A stretch of 63,295 nt of DNA, filler included, from Actinomycetota bacterium (GTDB lineage: Bacteria > Actinomycetota > CADDZG01 > JAHWKV01 > JAOPZY01): NCBI GenBank assembly GCA_025963875.1. It is 6 parts of 6 records of this genome, joined end to end, with 100 filler letters (N's around TTAATTAATTAA, not from the genome) between each part and the next. Parts side by side here need not be neighbours in the genome. Positions count along the whole stretch, not along the records: positions 1 to 4,428 come from JAOPZY010000177.1; positions 4,529 to 29,509 come from JAOPZY010000186.1; 4 more parts are not named here. The stretch is one strand, 5' to 3'. Shown piece after piece: positions 1-10,037 of this stretch (within the stretch, counting starts at the first letter, position 1; the number at the start of each line of letters is the position of its first letter). Made by a program: the position numbers and the translations under genes. The notes beneath the pieces are model-generated. The model was not told the DNA's origin, did no database searches, and saw nothing but the letters and a program-made list of their open reading frames with translations.

Positions 1-363
1 GGAGTTCTGGTCCCCGCCTGTAGCCCGGCGACGGGTGCGAGCGCTCCTGCCCCCCTGCCCTCGTGGCTTACGCAGTTGAACCCGGGTCCCGGGTCGACCA
101 GCTCTGGGCTGCAGGTGGTCGAGGTGAAGCACAACATCGTGACACCCGAGTACATCCGGCTGGTCATCGACGGCGTCGACGTCACCTCCTATGCCACCAA
201 GGGACCCAACGAGCTCGACTACCGACCAGCGGGCCAAGGGCCGGTCGGTCTCGCCCCAGGGAAGCACAGTGCCCGGGTGGATCGCATGCGACCGGTTGGC
301 GGGGGTGGACCCGACGGCGCTACGGTCGTGGCCTCTTACCGTTGGTCCTTCACCATCAACTGA
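1..363 (+). CDS. Probable lipoprotein or secreted beta-rich protein, 5'-truncated by the window edge
   Basis: Frame is open from base 1 (GVLVPAC-SPATGASAPAP...) with a lipobox-like VPAC and ends in SYRWSFTIN. Confidence 0.55.
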   Translation, partial: GVLVPACSPATGASAPAPLPSWLTQLNPGPGSTSSGLQVVEVKHNIVTPEYIRLVIDGVDVTSYATKGPNELDYRPAGQGPVGLAPGKHSARVDRMRPVGGGGPDGATVVASYRWSFTIN

Positions 364-420
364 TCGAGCTACGAGGGTCAACTCCCGGGCACACCTCGCG
401 CGCCTGGTCCCTACGATAAC

Positions 421-2007
421 GTGAGCGATTCGAAGACGGCGTCGGCCTGGACCCCACTGCGCATCCGCGCGTTTCGCGCCCTCTGGCTTGCGGCGCTCGT
501 GAGCAACATCGGGATGTGGATGCAGACGGTGGGCGCGCAGTGGTTGCTGGTGGGGCAGGCTCATGCCTCCATCCTCGTGGCGCTGGTGCAGACCGCGGAC
601 ATGGCTCCGGACGTCATGCTCGACTTCGTCGGCGGTGTGCTCGCCGACACGCTCGATCGGCGGCGTTTGCTCATCGCGGCGCAGGCCTTCATGGTCGTCG
701 CCGGCGCTGCCCTCACGGTCCTGACGATCCTGGGACAGATGCCTCCGGCTCTCCTACTTGTCTTCACGTTCGTGATCGGGTCCGGTTCTGTCCTCTCCGT
801 GCCGGCATATGAGGCGCTCATACCCGAGCTCGTCCCACGCTCGCAGCTCGCCGGGGCCGCCGGGCTCAGCTCCGTCGGCATCAACCTTGCGCGCGCCGTC
901 GGCCCCGCGGCTGCGGGATTCCTTATCGCGCGCGTCGGGGTCCCTGCCGTCTTCGCACTGGACGTCGCCACGTTCCTCTTGTTTGGGATCGTCGTCGCCG
1001 CCTGGCGTCCATCCAGACCGGCGAGGTTGGACAACCCCGAACCGTTCGTCTCTGCGCTGCGCGCCGGCGGTCGATATGTCCGCTACTCACTCGCCACGCG
1101 TCGTTTCCTGCTGCGCGCCGCGCTCTTCCTCGTACCCGCGAGCGCCCTGTGGGCACTGCTGCCCCTCGTCGCCACCCAGCGTCTCGGGCAGGGAGCGGGG
1201 GGCTATGGGCTGTTGCTGGCCTCGTTGGGCCTGGGGGCAGTGGTGGGTTCGTTCACGCTGCCGCGGATGCGAGCAAGGCTCTCCAGCAACGCGCTCCTGG
1301 TAGCTGCCAGCGTTGTCTACGCGGCGGTGCTCGTGACGGTCGTGCTCGTTCGTAACGTGGGAGTGGCAATGATCGCGCTGCTCCCGGCCGGGCTCGCGTG
1401 GATCGCGGTGATCTCGGACGTCAACACGGCGCTGCAGCTGTTTCTTCCGGCGTGGGTGCGCGCCCGAGGGCTCTCCGCGTTTCTGACCGTGCTCTTTGGC
1501 AGTCAAGCTCTCGGCGCCGTCCTGTGGGGAGGGCTCGCCGAGCGGTTGGCCCTCGTGCCGACGTTTCTCGTCGCGGCGGGCGTCATGGTCGTCGGAGCGG
1601 TGACGGTCCGCGTCTGGCCGCTCATCGACACGGGCGCCATGGACCAGACCGTTGCTGCGGTCTGGCCGCAGCCACGCCTGACCTACGAAACCGAACCGGA
1701 CCAGGGCCCGGTGGTGGTGCGGAACACGTACACGATCGCTCCGGAGCACGAGGAGGAGTTCCTGCGCACCATGCCACGCGTCCGCCGGTCGCGGCTGCGC
1801 ACGGGGGCGACCTGGTGGGGATTGTTCCGGGATGGCGAGACGCCGAACCAGTTCGTTGAGCTGTTCTCCGTCCCGTCGTGGGAAGAGCATCTGCGCCAGC
1901 ACGAGAGCCGGCTGACCGAGCTCGACCGGGAGGTCGATAGCAGAGGAAGAGCGCTGTCCGACCCGCCGGCGCAGACGTCGCACCTGATCGCCGTTGAGAT
2001 TGAGTGA
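421..2007 (+). CDS. MFS transporter (MFS_3/EntS-like) with C-terminal soluble domain
   Basis: About 12 hydrophobic segments; GGVLADTLDRRR motif A; C-terminal FVELFSVPSWEEHLRQH domain. Confidence 0.9.
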   Translation: MSDSKTASAWTPLRIRAFRALWLAALVSNIGMWMQTVGAQWLLVGQAHASILVALVQTADMAPDVMLDFVGGVLADTLDRRRLLIAAQAFMVVAGAALTVLTILGQMPPALLLVFTFVIGSGSVLSVPAYEALIPELVPRSQLAGAAGLSSVGINLARAVGPAAAGFLIARVGVPAVFALDVATFLLFGIVVAAWRPSRPARLDNPEPFVSALRAGGRYVRYSLATRRFLLRAALFLVPASALWALLPLVATQRLGQGAGGYGLLLASLGLGAVVGSFTLPRMRARLSSNALLVAASVVYAAVLVTVVLVRNVGVAMIALLPAGLAWIAVISDVNTALQLFLPAWVRARGLSAFLTVLFGSQALGAVLWGGLAERLALVPTFLVAAGVMVVGAVTVRVWPLIDTGAMDQTVAAVWPQPRLTYETEPDQGPVVVRNTYTIAPEHEEEFLRTMPRVRRSRLRTGATWWGLFRDGETPNQFVELFSVPSWEEHLRQHESRLTELDREVDSRGRALSDPPAQTSHLIAVEIE

Positions 2008-2173
2008 ATGCCCCGGCTAGCAGGGATCCAGAGATTGCGGCTGGCCTGGGACAAGGATGGGCGCTGACTCGGTCGACGGGATCGATGGCGGCGCCCATCC
2101 TGAAGCGATAGGGATGCACGTCATTCGGCCAGGCCGCCAAGGTCTATAAAGATGGTCTGAAAGGAGAAAACCA

Positions 2174-3370
2174 ATGCAAGCCGTTGTCTGGCGAGGCGAC
2201 AGGACGGTGGATGTTGAGAAGGTGGAGGATGCCCGCCTCGAGGCACCAACTGATGCGCTCCTGCGGCTCACGTCCACCGCGATCTGCGGGACGGATCTGC
2301 ACATCTACGAGGGGCGCATGGGTGAGGTCAATGGGATGGTCATCGGTCATGAGGCCCTGGGCGTCGTGGAGGAGGTCGGATCGGCAGTTGTCTCCATCGG
2401 CAAGGGTGACCGCGTGGTGGTCCCCACCCACATCTGCTGTGGCTTCTGCTACAACTGCGTGCGCGGCTACAGCGCCGCGTGCCTGACGACCAACCCCGGA
2501 TCGGCGGGGGCGGCGTACGGCTATCCCGGCATGGGAACGTACCGGGGGGCCCAGACCGAGTGGCTGCGTGTCCCGTTTGCCGACGCCAACTGTCTCCGCC
2601 TCCCCGGGGAGCCCGGTGACCAGTGGGAGCACGATTTCGTGATGCTCGCCGATGCCTTTCCCAGCGGCTACCACGCCACCGAGCTCGCTCAGGTCTCGAA
2701 GGGGGATAGCGTCGCCGTCTTCGGGGCCGGCGCGATCGGTCTGCTCGCTGCCTATAGCGCCCTGCACCTGCGCGGGGCGACGGAGGTGTACGTGGTGGAC
2801 TACATCCCCGAACGCCTCGACATGGCTGGGAAGCTTGGAGCTGTCCCGGTCGACTTTCGGGGAGGCGACCCCGTCGAGCAGATCCTGGAGCACCGAAGCC
2901 GTGTACGCAAACATGCCGGAGCGACGTGGCGTGGTGAGGAGGTCATGGGAGGAGTGGATTGTGGCATCGATGCGATCGGCTTTCAGGCGCGCGATCGTGC
3001 GGATCCCAGCCGTGAGAAGCCGGACCAGGTCATTCACGATCTGGCCCGCCTCATCAATCCGAATGGACGCCTCAGCATTACCGGCGTGTTCCTGCCCAAC
3101 GATGCGAAGCCGGTCGGCGAGCTCGAACGACGTGGGGATCTCGCGGTCCCGTGGCAGACGCTGTTCCGGAAAGGAATCACCGTGGGCATGGGCCGTGACC
3201 ATGACAAGCGCTACAACACCCAGTTGCGCGACCTGATCATTGCCGGTCGTGCCAAGCCGAGTGAGATCGTGACGCAACGCCTGCCGCTCCGGGAGGCGCC
3301 GGATGCTTTCCGAAGGTTCGATCAGCGCACCGACGGCTACATCAAGGTGGTCCTTGATCCGCGTGAATGA
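2174..3370 (+). CDS. Zn-dependent dehydrogenase, glutathione-independent formaldehyde dehydrogenase family
   Basis: AICGTDLH, GHE, CGFCYNC..C structural Zn, GAGAIG Rossmann motif; AAGGAG RBS. Confidence 0.88.
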   Translation: MQAVVWRGDRTVDVEKVEDARLEAPTDALLRLTSTAICGTDLHIYEGRMGEVNGMVIGHEALGVVEEVGSAVVSIGKGDRVVVPTHICCGFCYNCVRGYSAACLTTNPGSAGAAYGYPGMGTYRGAQTEWLRVPFADANCLRLPGEPGDQWEHDFVMLADAFPSGYHATELAQVSKGDSVAVFGAGAIGLLAAYSALHLRGATEVYVVDYIPERLDMAGKLGAVPVDFRGGDPVEQILEHRSRVRKHAGATWRGEEVMGGVDCGIDAIGFQARDRADPSREKPDQVIHDLARLINPNGRLSITGVFLPNDAKPVGELERRGDLAVPWQTLFRKGITVGMGRDHDKRYNTQLRDLIIAGRAKPSEIVTQRLPLREAPDAFRRFDQRTDGYIKVVLDPRE

Positions 3371-3446
3371 CAGGGACGGTGAAGCTGCGCAGGCACGCCG
3401 GGGCCGAGGCTCAGCGATGACCCTCCCTTCACCGGGCAGTCCGGAA

Positions 3447-3495
3447 GTAGATTCCGTCAAAAAGGGCCGCTGCCACACTTTTTGACGGAATCTAC
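3447..3495. repeat. Perfect 18-bp inverted repeat with 13-nt loop between convergent genes; bidirectional terminator or REP-like element
   Basis: GTAGATTCCGTCAAAAAG (3447-3464) and CTTTTTGACGGAATCTAC (3478-3495). Confidence 0.85.
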
Positions 3496-3595
3496 AGCTG
3501 GCCGACGCCTTCGCCTCGTTCGCCGCCCTGCCGATCATGGGCAGCCTCGCCGCTGTGAGTTCGGCGAGGGGACAAGGTCCCGCCCATTGCGATGG

Positions 3596-4363
3596 CTATT
3601 CCGGCCCACGGCGGTGGACGAGATTGACCCGTGCCTGGTCGCGGGGACGGACCACGAGCTGGTCGATGTCGACGTGGCTCGGCCTGGTCGCGACGAAGGT
3701 GATGCAGTCGGCGATGTCCTTGGCGGTTAGCGGGACGACGCCCTCGTAGACCGCCTTCGCCCGGGCCTCGTCGCCCCCGAAGCGGACAAGGGAGAAGTCG
3801 GTCTCCACCATGCCGGGATCGATCTCGGTCACCCGCACGGGGCGGCCGAGGAGCTCCATCCTGAGGACGTCGGTCATGGCCCGCTCGGCCGCCTTGGCTG
3901 CGTTGTAGCCGGCGCCGCCGGGGTAGGGCTCAAAGGCGGCGACGGAGCACACGTTGACGACGAGGCCGTCCCCCGAGGCGATGAGCTTGCCAAGGAGCCC
4001 CCGCGTCATCCGGAGCGTCCCGAGGACGTTCGACTCCCACATCTCCCGCCACTTCTCCTCGTCGGCCTCGGCGATCGGCTCGAGGCCGAAGGCACCGCCG
4101 GCATTGTTGACCAGGACGCGGCAGCTCGGCACCTGGCCGCAGAAGCGTTCGACGGAGGAGGCGTCGGTCACGTCGAGGGGGAGCGCACGGGCCCCCGGGA
4201 GCTTGGCCGCCACCGCCTCCAGCCGGTCGAGGCGCCGGGCGCCGAGGACGACGTCGAAGCCCGCAGCGGCGAGCGCTCGCGCTGTGGCCGCGCCGATGCC
4301 GCTCGACGCGCCGGTGACCACCGCGGTCCCTTCTCTTCCTTTCGAGCTCATGTCCACCACCAT
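3596..4363 (-). CDS. SDR family NAD(P)-dependent oxidoreductase (YdfG-like)
   Basis: TGASSGIG, NNAG, YNAAK, PGMVETDF motifs. Confidence 0.9.
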   Translation of the reverse strand: MVVDMSSKGREGTAVVTGASSGIGAATARALAAAGFDVVLGARRLDRLEAVAAKLPGARALPLDVTDASSVERFCGQVPSCRVLVNNAGGAFGLEPIAEADEEKWREMWESNVLGTLRMTRGLLGKLIASGDGLVVNVCSVAAFEPYPGGAGYNAAKAAERAMTDVLRMELLGRPVRVTEIDPGMVETDFSLVRFGGDEARAKAVYEGVVPLTAKDIADCITFVATRPSHVDIDQLVVRPRDQARVNLVHRRGPE

Positions 4364-4428
4364 GCTCCCCTTCTGTTCTTGGTCAGGGCGAGGTTACCCG
4401 GGAGTTGCGCGCATCAGAGGTCGATCCG

Positions 4429-4528
4429 NNNNNNNNNNNNNNNNNNNNNNNNNNNNNNNNNNNNNNNNNNNNTTAATTAATTAANNNNNNNNNNNNNNNN
4501 NNNNNNNNNNNNNNNNNNNNNNNNNNNN
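4429..4528. other. Artificial contig spacer
   Basis: N44-TTAATTAATTAA-N44; identical copies elsewhere in the window. Confidence 0.98.
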
Positions 4529-5516
4529 CCGCGCGCTTCTTCACATCCGAGGCAGCAGGGGGCGCCTCCGGTTCAGGTTGGTCTGCCGGCTCGGGCTTGG
4601 CGGCAGGCGGACCTGGGGGGACACGCCGGGCCACCCGGGATGTCCGGTCGGGCCAGGGAGCGATCGCCGGCTCCTCCTTGGACTCCGGCGGTGAGCCGGC
4701 CTCCTCCCGCGGCTCTGGGGCCGGCGCCGGGGCGGACGCGGCACGGGGACGGCGGCGCCCGATGAACGGAGCGGGCTCCGGTGTGGCCTCTGGCTCGACA
4801 CGGCGGGTTGCCTGTTCGGCTGCCCGGGATTCGGCGCTCCCGGGTCGGGTCTCGCGGCGGCGAATTGCAGCTTCCAGCCACTGGTCCTGCGCCGCGCTGC
4901 TCCTGCCTCTCACTGCCCTCCGATCCGGTTCCTGGGGCGCCCGCTGCTCGGGGACCTCGTTCTCGGCCTGCTGGTTCAACGGCGCCTCGGCTTCCTCCTC
5001 CTCATTCATGGAGGCCAACTGGGCCGAGGCGGACTCCGACAGGGCCTGCAGTTCGGCAACCGCGTCATCCTGCCGGCCGCTTTCGGCCGCGGCCGGCCTG
5101 CGCCCGAAGCGATGGTGAGGGGCAGACTCCTCGGCGTCGGTGTCCGTGTCGGAGGGGGTGGCGCTGCGCGAGGGGGAGGCGACAACCGGCGTGGAGGTCG
5201 GCAGCGCGGGTCCGTGACTCGACCGCAGGCCGCGGGGAGGCACCGCACCGGTCTGGCCGGCCGGTGCGTCGGAAGTCCAGGTCGACGAGGTCTCCGGCGG
5301 CGGTGTCCACGTCGGCGTGGTGCGTTCACCACCGGCGGTCGCGGTGCGGCCCTTCGCTCGATCGATGATCCACGATGCGAACAGGAGGAGCGCCGCCGCG
5401 ATGGAGGCCACGATCGCCAGCCAGGTCGCTGGATTGTTCTGTTGCAGCCAACCGATGAGGAGCGCGATGCCCGCGATCCCCACAAGGCCGAGAGAAGCCT
5501 TATACAAAGAAATCAC
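4529..5516 (-). CDS. Hypothetical membrane-anchored protein with long disordered region, 3'-truncated
   Basis: Two N-terminal hydrophobic helices, then P/E/A/R-rich sequence running into the gap. Confidence 0.65.
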
Positions 5517-5584
5517 CCCTTGAAGTGAAGAGGAGGTGTCAGACTCGAAGGCTCATTATCCCACCATGGGGAGCGGCAGACGGA

Positions 5585-6337
5585 TTAGTCGGTCTCGCCC
5601 GTATGAGTGGCCGGATTGACTCCTTCCTGCTCCCCCGGCCCTAGCGGAACGAACGAGGAGGCGGGCCGCGGCCCTCCGACCGTCGGGGGCTCCAGCGAAT
5701 CCTCGGGTAAAGGGTCCGGCGGCGCCAGCCGCCTTGGCGATGCCGGGGCCGCCGGCGAGGTCTCCGGATGCTCGGCCGGGACCGGAGCAGCCTGTTCTTC
5801 GGGCGCCGGTTCGGGGCCGGGTTCCAGCCCGGAACTGGGTTCGGGAAGGGGGCCGGGCAGGGCCGGCAGGTCGTCGAGCGCACGAAGCTGATCCTCCAGG
5901 TGCGCCCTCAGCGTGGCGCGGTGGGCAGCGTGCAGATCACGCAGCCGGCAGCCGAGTTCCTCGATCTCGGATTGCCGGGCGTTGGCGCCGGCGATGATGT
6001 CCTCGCCCTGCTGCTTCGCCGAGGCGACGGCCGCCGCTGCCTCATCCTCGCCGGCTGCGACGAGCCGGGCTGCCTCGGCCTTCGCTTCGGCAATCGCCTC
6101 GTCGGCGGCACGCTGGGCGGCAAGCAGGGTCCGCTTCAGCATCCCTTCCGTGCCCTTGACCTCGTCGAGTTCCGCCTCGACCTCCTCCACGCGGGCGCGG
6201 GCCTCCTGCGCACCTTTGAAGAGGGTCTCGAAGGCAGCCGCGACCTCGTCGAGGAAGATGTCGACCTCCTCGTGGTTGTAGCCACGGAAGGCGTCGTGGA
6301 AGCGCTTCCCCTGGATATCCTCCGGCGTCAGGCTCAT
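5585..6337 (-). CDS. divIVA: DivIVA domain protein
   Basis: MSLTPEDIQGKRFHDAFRGYNHEEVDIFLDEV, coiled coil; TGATG overlap with the yggT stop. Confidence 0.93.
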   Translation of the reverse strand: MSLTPEDIQGKRFHDAFRGYNHEEVDIFLDEVAAAFETLFKGAQEARARVEEVEAELDEVKGTEGMLKRTLLAAQRAADEAIAEAKAEAARLVAAGEDEAAAAVASAKQQGEDIIAGANARQSEIEELGCRLRDLHAAHRATLRAHLEDQLRALDDLPALPGPLPEPSSGLEPGPEPAPEEQAAPVPAEHPETSPAAPASPRRLAPPDPLPEDSLEPPTVGGPRPASSFVPLGPGEQEGVNPATHTGETD

Positions 6338-6612
6338 CAGAGCCCTCCGCCGCAGACTGCCCTCTGGACGAAGAAGACGATGAGGAACCACACGAGGAAC
6401 GCCAGGTCAATCGGAAAGCCCATCGGCTGGGGGATGACCCTCCGGAGGGCATTGACCGGTGGGTCGGTCAGCGCGTAGACGAGATCCAGCACGGGGCGCA
6501 GGCCCTGCGGCGGTACCCAGCCCGGCTTGAAGAGGAAGACGAACGACAGAATGATGCGCGCGTAGATGACGGCGACGTAGACGTCCAGGATGAGGCAGAG
6601 GGGATTGCCCAT
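6337..6612 (-). CDS. yggT: YggT/YlmG membrane protein
   Basis: LTDPP...LRRVIP...IDLAF motif; position in dcw cluster. Confidence 0.9.
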   Translation of the reverse strand: MGNPLCLILDVYVAVIYARIILSFVFLFKPGWVPPQGLRPVLDLVYALTDPPVNALRRVIPQPMGFPIDLAFLVWFLIVFFVQRAVCGGGL

Positions 6613-6621
6613 CAGCGGCGC

Positions 6622-7110
6622 CTAGAACTCATCGAAGAAACCCCGTTCCATCAGTCGCCGCCGCTCCTCCGCCGACACCTCAACGTTGGCCGGCGTGATC
6701 AGGTACACCCGAGGAGCCAGGCGCTGCACCCGGCCCTCGAGCCCGTAGGCGAGCCCGGACGCAAACGCAGTCAGCCGCTTGAACAGGTCCTCCTCGATGC
6801 CCTGGAGGTTCATGATCACGGGGACGTCGGCCCGCAGCTTGTCGCCGATCTCCTTGGCGTCGTCGTAGGCCCGCGGCTCGACGATGTGGACCTGGCCGAG
6901 CGACTTCGGCGCGGGGGGCTGGGTGCGCGGTGGCGCCGCGACCGACGAGCCGGCCCCCTCCCCGCGGCCTTCGTCCCGGCTGATCTTTCGAATGGTCGAG
7001 GAGCTCTCGCGAGGGGGCTCTTCGTAGGCGTGCATCTCGTCTTCGAGCTCGTCCTCTTCGACGAGTCCCAGATAGAGCAACGTCTTCCTCCACATGCTCA
7101 TGGACGTCAC
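6622..7110 (-). CDS. sepF: Cell division protein SepF
   Basis: WRKTLLYLGL amphipathic N-terminus; PRAYDDA..IGD..PVIMNL; FASGLAYGLEG; LITPANV. Confidence 0.95.
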   Translation of the reverse strand: MTSMSMWRKTLLYLGLVEEDELEDEMHAYEEPPRESSSTIRKISRDEGRGEGAGSSVAAPPRTQPPAPKSLGQVHIVEPRAYDDAKEIGDKLRADVPVIMNLQGIEEDLFKRLTAFASGLAYGLEGRVQRLAPRVYLITPANVEVSAEERRRLMERGFFDEF

Positions 7111-7859
7111 CTTCCCCTCACGTTGCTGGCCGAGTCGACATCCCCTTCAACCGGCTCCTCCCCACGGACCCGACCCGCCCGGCGACCGAATATAGCCTCG
7201 CCGACCCGGACCAGCGTCGCCCCCTCCTCAACGGCAACCTCGTAATCCTGGCTCATCCCCATCGAAAGGTGGTGGATGCCCAGTTGCGGGAACCTCCTCA
7301 CTGCCTCATCCCGGAGCCGGGCCAGCCGCCGGAAGTAGGGACGGGCACCTTCCGGGGTGCTCACGATGGGCGCCATCGCCATGAGGCCCGTGACCCGAAC
7401 ACCCGTTACCGTTGCCGCCGCTTCCAGCAGCGGTGCCAGGTCCTCCGGCATCACGCCTCCCCGGCGGCGGTCCCCCGACAGATTGACCTCGGCGAGGACC
7501 GCCTGCGGCGCCCCGGTCGCTGCCGCCCGCTTCCCGATCTCCGCGGCCAGCGGGGGCCGGTCCAGAGAATGGATGAGATGGACCCAGCCGACCAACTCCT
7601 TGACCTTGTTGCGCTGCAGCCTGCCGACGAAATGCCACCGAACCTCCGTTCCTAGCTCCTTATACTTCGCCGCGGCCTCCGGCACGCGGTTTTCTCCGAA
7701 ATCCCGTTGTCCTGCGGCGATCGCTTCGCGGATGAGCGACGGCGGGTGGCTCTTGCTGACCGCCACCAGGGTTATGCCGTCGGGGTCCCTTCCGGCGCGG
7801 ACGGCCGCGGCGTCGATGCGCTCCCGGACCCGCTGCAGGGCGGCGGCGACCTGGCTCAC
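7107..7859 (-). CDS. yggS: PLP homeostasis protein YggS
   Basis: LVAVSK, FGENR, WHFVGRLQRNK, LSMGMSQDY, GATLVRVG; GTGA overlap used for the start. Confidence 0.95.
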   Translation of the reverse strand: MSQVAAALQRVRERIDAAAVRAGRDPDGITLVAVSKSHPPSLIREAIAAGQRDFGENRVPEAAAKYKELGTEVRWHFVGRLQRNKVKELVGWVHLIHSLDRPPLAAEIGKRAAATGAPQAVLAEVNLSGDRRRGGVMPEDLAPLLEAAATVTGVRVTGLMAMAPIVSTPEGARPYFRRLARLRDEAVRRFPQLGIHHLSMGMSQDYEVAVEEGATLVRVGEAIFGRRAGRVRGEEPVEGDVDSASNVRGR

Positions 7860-8620
7860 GGTGTCCCCCCCACCCAGGTGACGAGCGCCTGGCGCTGCAG
7901 CGTGCCGTCGCTGCGGTGCGAGAAGAACCTCTGATCGCAGCACGTACACGGGACATCGAGATCGCCCGCGACCTCCACCCCGCAGGCTTCGAGGACCGCG
8001 GCGGCCGCCCTCCGGAGATCGAAATGCAGCGTCTCTTCTTGTCCACCCCCCTCGCAGCAGTCAGGGGCATCCGGATGGGTCAGGGCGAATCGCTCGGGCA
8101 CCTCGGCGCCGACCTCGAAGCAGCAGGGGCCGATGCAGGGCCCGATCCAGGCTGAGAGCTCGCCTGCGGCTCCCGCGGTTGCCACCGCCGCCTCGATGAC
8201 ACCGGCGCAGAGACCCCGCCATCCGGCGTGGACGGCTGCGGCCACGCCCGGCCCCCACAGTGCGATCGGGACGCAATCGGCCACCAGCACGGCCGCCGGC
8301 CGGTCCGGCTCCCGAACCACGATGGCGTCCGCTTCCGGGGGCTGGGCACCCGCAACGCCGGCGCAGACCACGCCGCGACCGTGCACCTGGCGGGCGGTCG
8401 CCCAGTCGTCCGGGATGCCGAGCGCTTCCGACACCGCCGTGCGGTTGGAAGCGGCCATCGCCGGATCACCGGCGGACAGGCTCAGGTTTCCGGCCAGGCG
8501 CGTCGTGAAGGCGATGCCGGGGGCCGGAGGAACCAGAACCATCAACCCGTCCTTGAACCCGACATCCCGAAGTCTCAAGGGGCCCTTGAGAGTGGTGTCC
8601 AGCTGACCCTCCGCGATCAC
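7856..8620 (-). CDS. pgeF: PgeF/YfiH family protein
   Basis: QVHG, VADCVP, AVHAGWRG, GPCIGPCCFEVG, FFSHR; start uncertain. Confidence 0.92.
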   Translation of the reverse strand: MIAEGQLDTTLKGPLRLRDVGFKDGLMVLVPPAPGIAFTTRLAGNLSLSAGDPAMAASNRTAVSEALGIPDDWATARQVHGRGVVCAGVAGAQPPEADAIVVREPDRPAAVLVADCVPIALWGPGVAAAVHAGWRGLCAGVIEAAVATAGAAGELSAWIGPCIGPCCFEVGAEVPERFALTHPDAPDCCEGGGQEETLHFDLRRAAAAVLEACGVEVAGDLDVPCTCCDQRFFSHRSDGTLQRQALVTWVGGTP

Positions 8621-8702
8621 ATTTCAACCTTGACAGAATCACGCGGATCCTATCAGCCTGGGCTTTTGGCCCCCTGTGACCGCCCCCCGGGCCGGGGTGC
8701 CC

Positions 8703-9884
8703 CTACGGCCTGCGCAGAAAGCTCGGTATATCGAGATCCTCGTCCTCGTCGGCGTCGAAGACATAGGTCGGCTCGCGACCGGGCGAGACCTCCCGCACGG
8801 GCTCCCGGGCGTAGATGGGCTCGGGGGCGTAGGAAGGCTCGGGGCCACCGAAGGGCTCGAGGACATAGTCCTCACCCTCGACCGGCTCGAGCTCCAGGAC
8901 CCTCGTGTGCTGCGGGGACTCGATCGGCTGGGTGATCCACCGGTCGAACCCGGAGGCGATGACCGTGACCCGGACCTCGTCGCCGAGCTGGTCGTCCACC
9001 ACGGCACCGAAGATGATGTTGGCGTCGGGGTGGGCGGACTTGGCCACGATCTCGGCGGCCTCGTGGACCTCGAAGAGCCCGAGGTCGCTTCCGCCGCAGA
9101 TGTTGAGCAGGACGCCGCGTGCCCCCTCGACGGAGGCTTCGAGCAGCGGGGACGAGATCGCGTTGCGAGCGGCTTCGGCGGCGCGGTTCTCCCCGCGGGC
9201 GGTGCCGATGCCCATCAACGAGGAGCCGGCGTTGGTCATGATCGTCTTCACGTCGGCGAAGTCGAGGTTGATGAGGCCGGGGGTGGTGATCAGGTCGGTG
9301 ATGCCCTGGACGCCCTGGAGAAGGACCTCGTCGGCCATCTTGAACGCCTCGAGGACCGACGTCGTCTCGTCGCAGACCTGCAAGAGACGGTCGTTGGGGA
9401 TGATGATCAATGTGTCGAGCTTGTCCTTCAGGCTCATGATGCCCTGCTCGGCCACGACGGCCCGCCGCCGCCCCTCGAACGAGAAGGGCCTGGTGACGAC
9501 GCCGATGGTCAGGGCCCCGAGGGACTTGGCGATCTCGGCAACCACGGGAGCGCCGCCGGTGCCGGTACCCCCGCCCTTGCCGGCGGTGATGAAGACCATG
9601 TCGGCGCCCTTCAGCACCTCCTCGATCTCGTCACGGTGCTCTTCGGCAGCCTGGCGCCCCACTTCGGGGTCCGCCCCGGCGCCGAGGCCACGGGTCAGGT
9701 TGCGGCCGATGTCGAGCTTGACGTCGGCATCCGACATCAGGAGCGCCTGCGCGTCCGTGTTGATCGCGATGAACTCGACCCCCTTGAGGCCCGAGTCGAT
9801 CATCCGGTTGACCGCGTTGACTCCCCCGCCGCCGATCCCGGCGACCTTGATCACCGCCAGGTAATTCTGAAGGCCCATCGCCAT
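8703..9884 (-). CDS. ftsZ: Cell division protein FtsZ
   Basis: [26 protein letters not shown]-terminal [17 protein letters not shown] before ATG 9884. Confidence 0.99.
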   Translation of the reverse strand: MAMGLQNYLAVIKVAGIGGGGVNAVNRMIDSGLKGVEFIAINTDAQALLMSDADVKLDIGRNLTRGLGAGADPEVGRQAAEEHRDEIEEVLKGADMVFITAGKGGGTGTGGAPVVAEIAKSLGALTIGVVTRPFSFEGRRRAVVAEQGIMSLKDKLDTLIIIPNDRLLQVCDETTSVLEAFKMADEVLLQGVQGITDLITTPGLINLDFADVKTIMTNAGSSLMGIGTARGENRAAEAARNAISSPLLEASVEGARGVLLNICGGSDLGLFEVHEAAEIVAKSAHPDANIIFGAVVDDQLGDEVRVTVIASGFDRWITQPIESPQHTRVLELEPVEGEDYVLEPFGGPEPSYAPEPIYAREPVREVSPGREPTYVFDADEDEDLDIPSFLRRP

Positions 9885-9907
9885 GTCCCACCTCCGGGAT
9901 CCGCAGT

Positions 9908-9993
9908 GACCTTTAACCATGAAGTAAAGGTCGATAGAAGGTTCTATTGAACCTGTTGTTGAGCAATATAGTCGCGGGTTGAGCAAAGGTCAA
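9908..9993 (-). promoter_or_regulatory. Internal ftsZ promoter with downstream palindromic operator
   Basis: Minus strand TTGACC (9993-9988), 17 nt, TATATT (9970-9965); inverted repeat GACCTTTA-N9-TAAAGGTC at 9908-9932. Confidence 0.75.
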
Positions 9994-10037
9994 CTCGTCT
10001 ACAAAAAGACCACGTTGGTTAACAGAAGGATCGGGGC

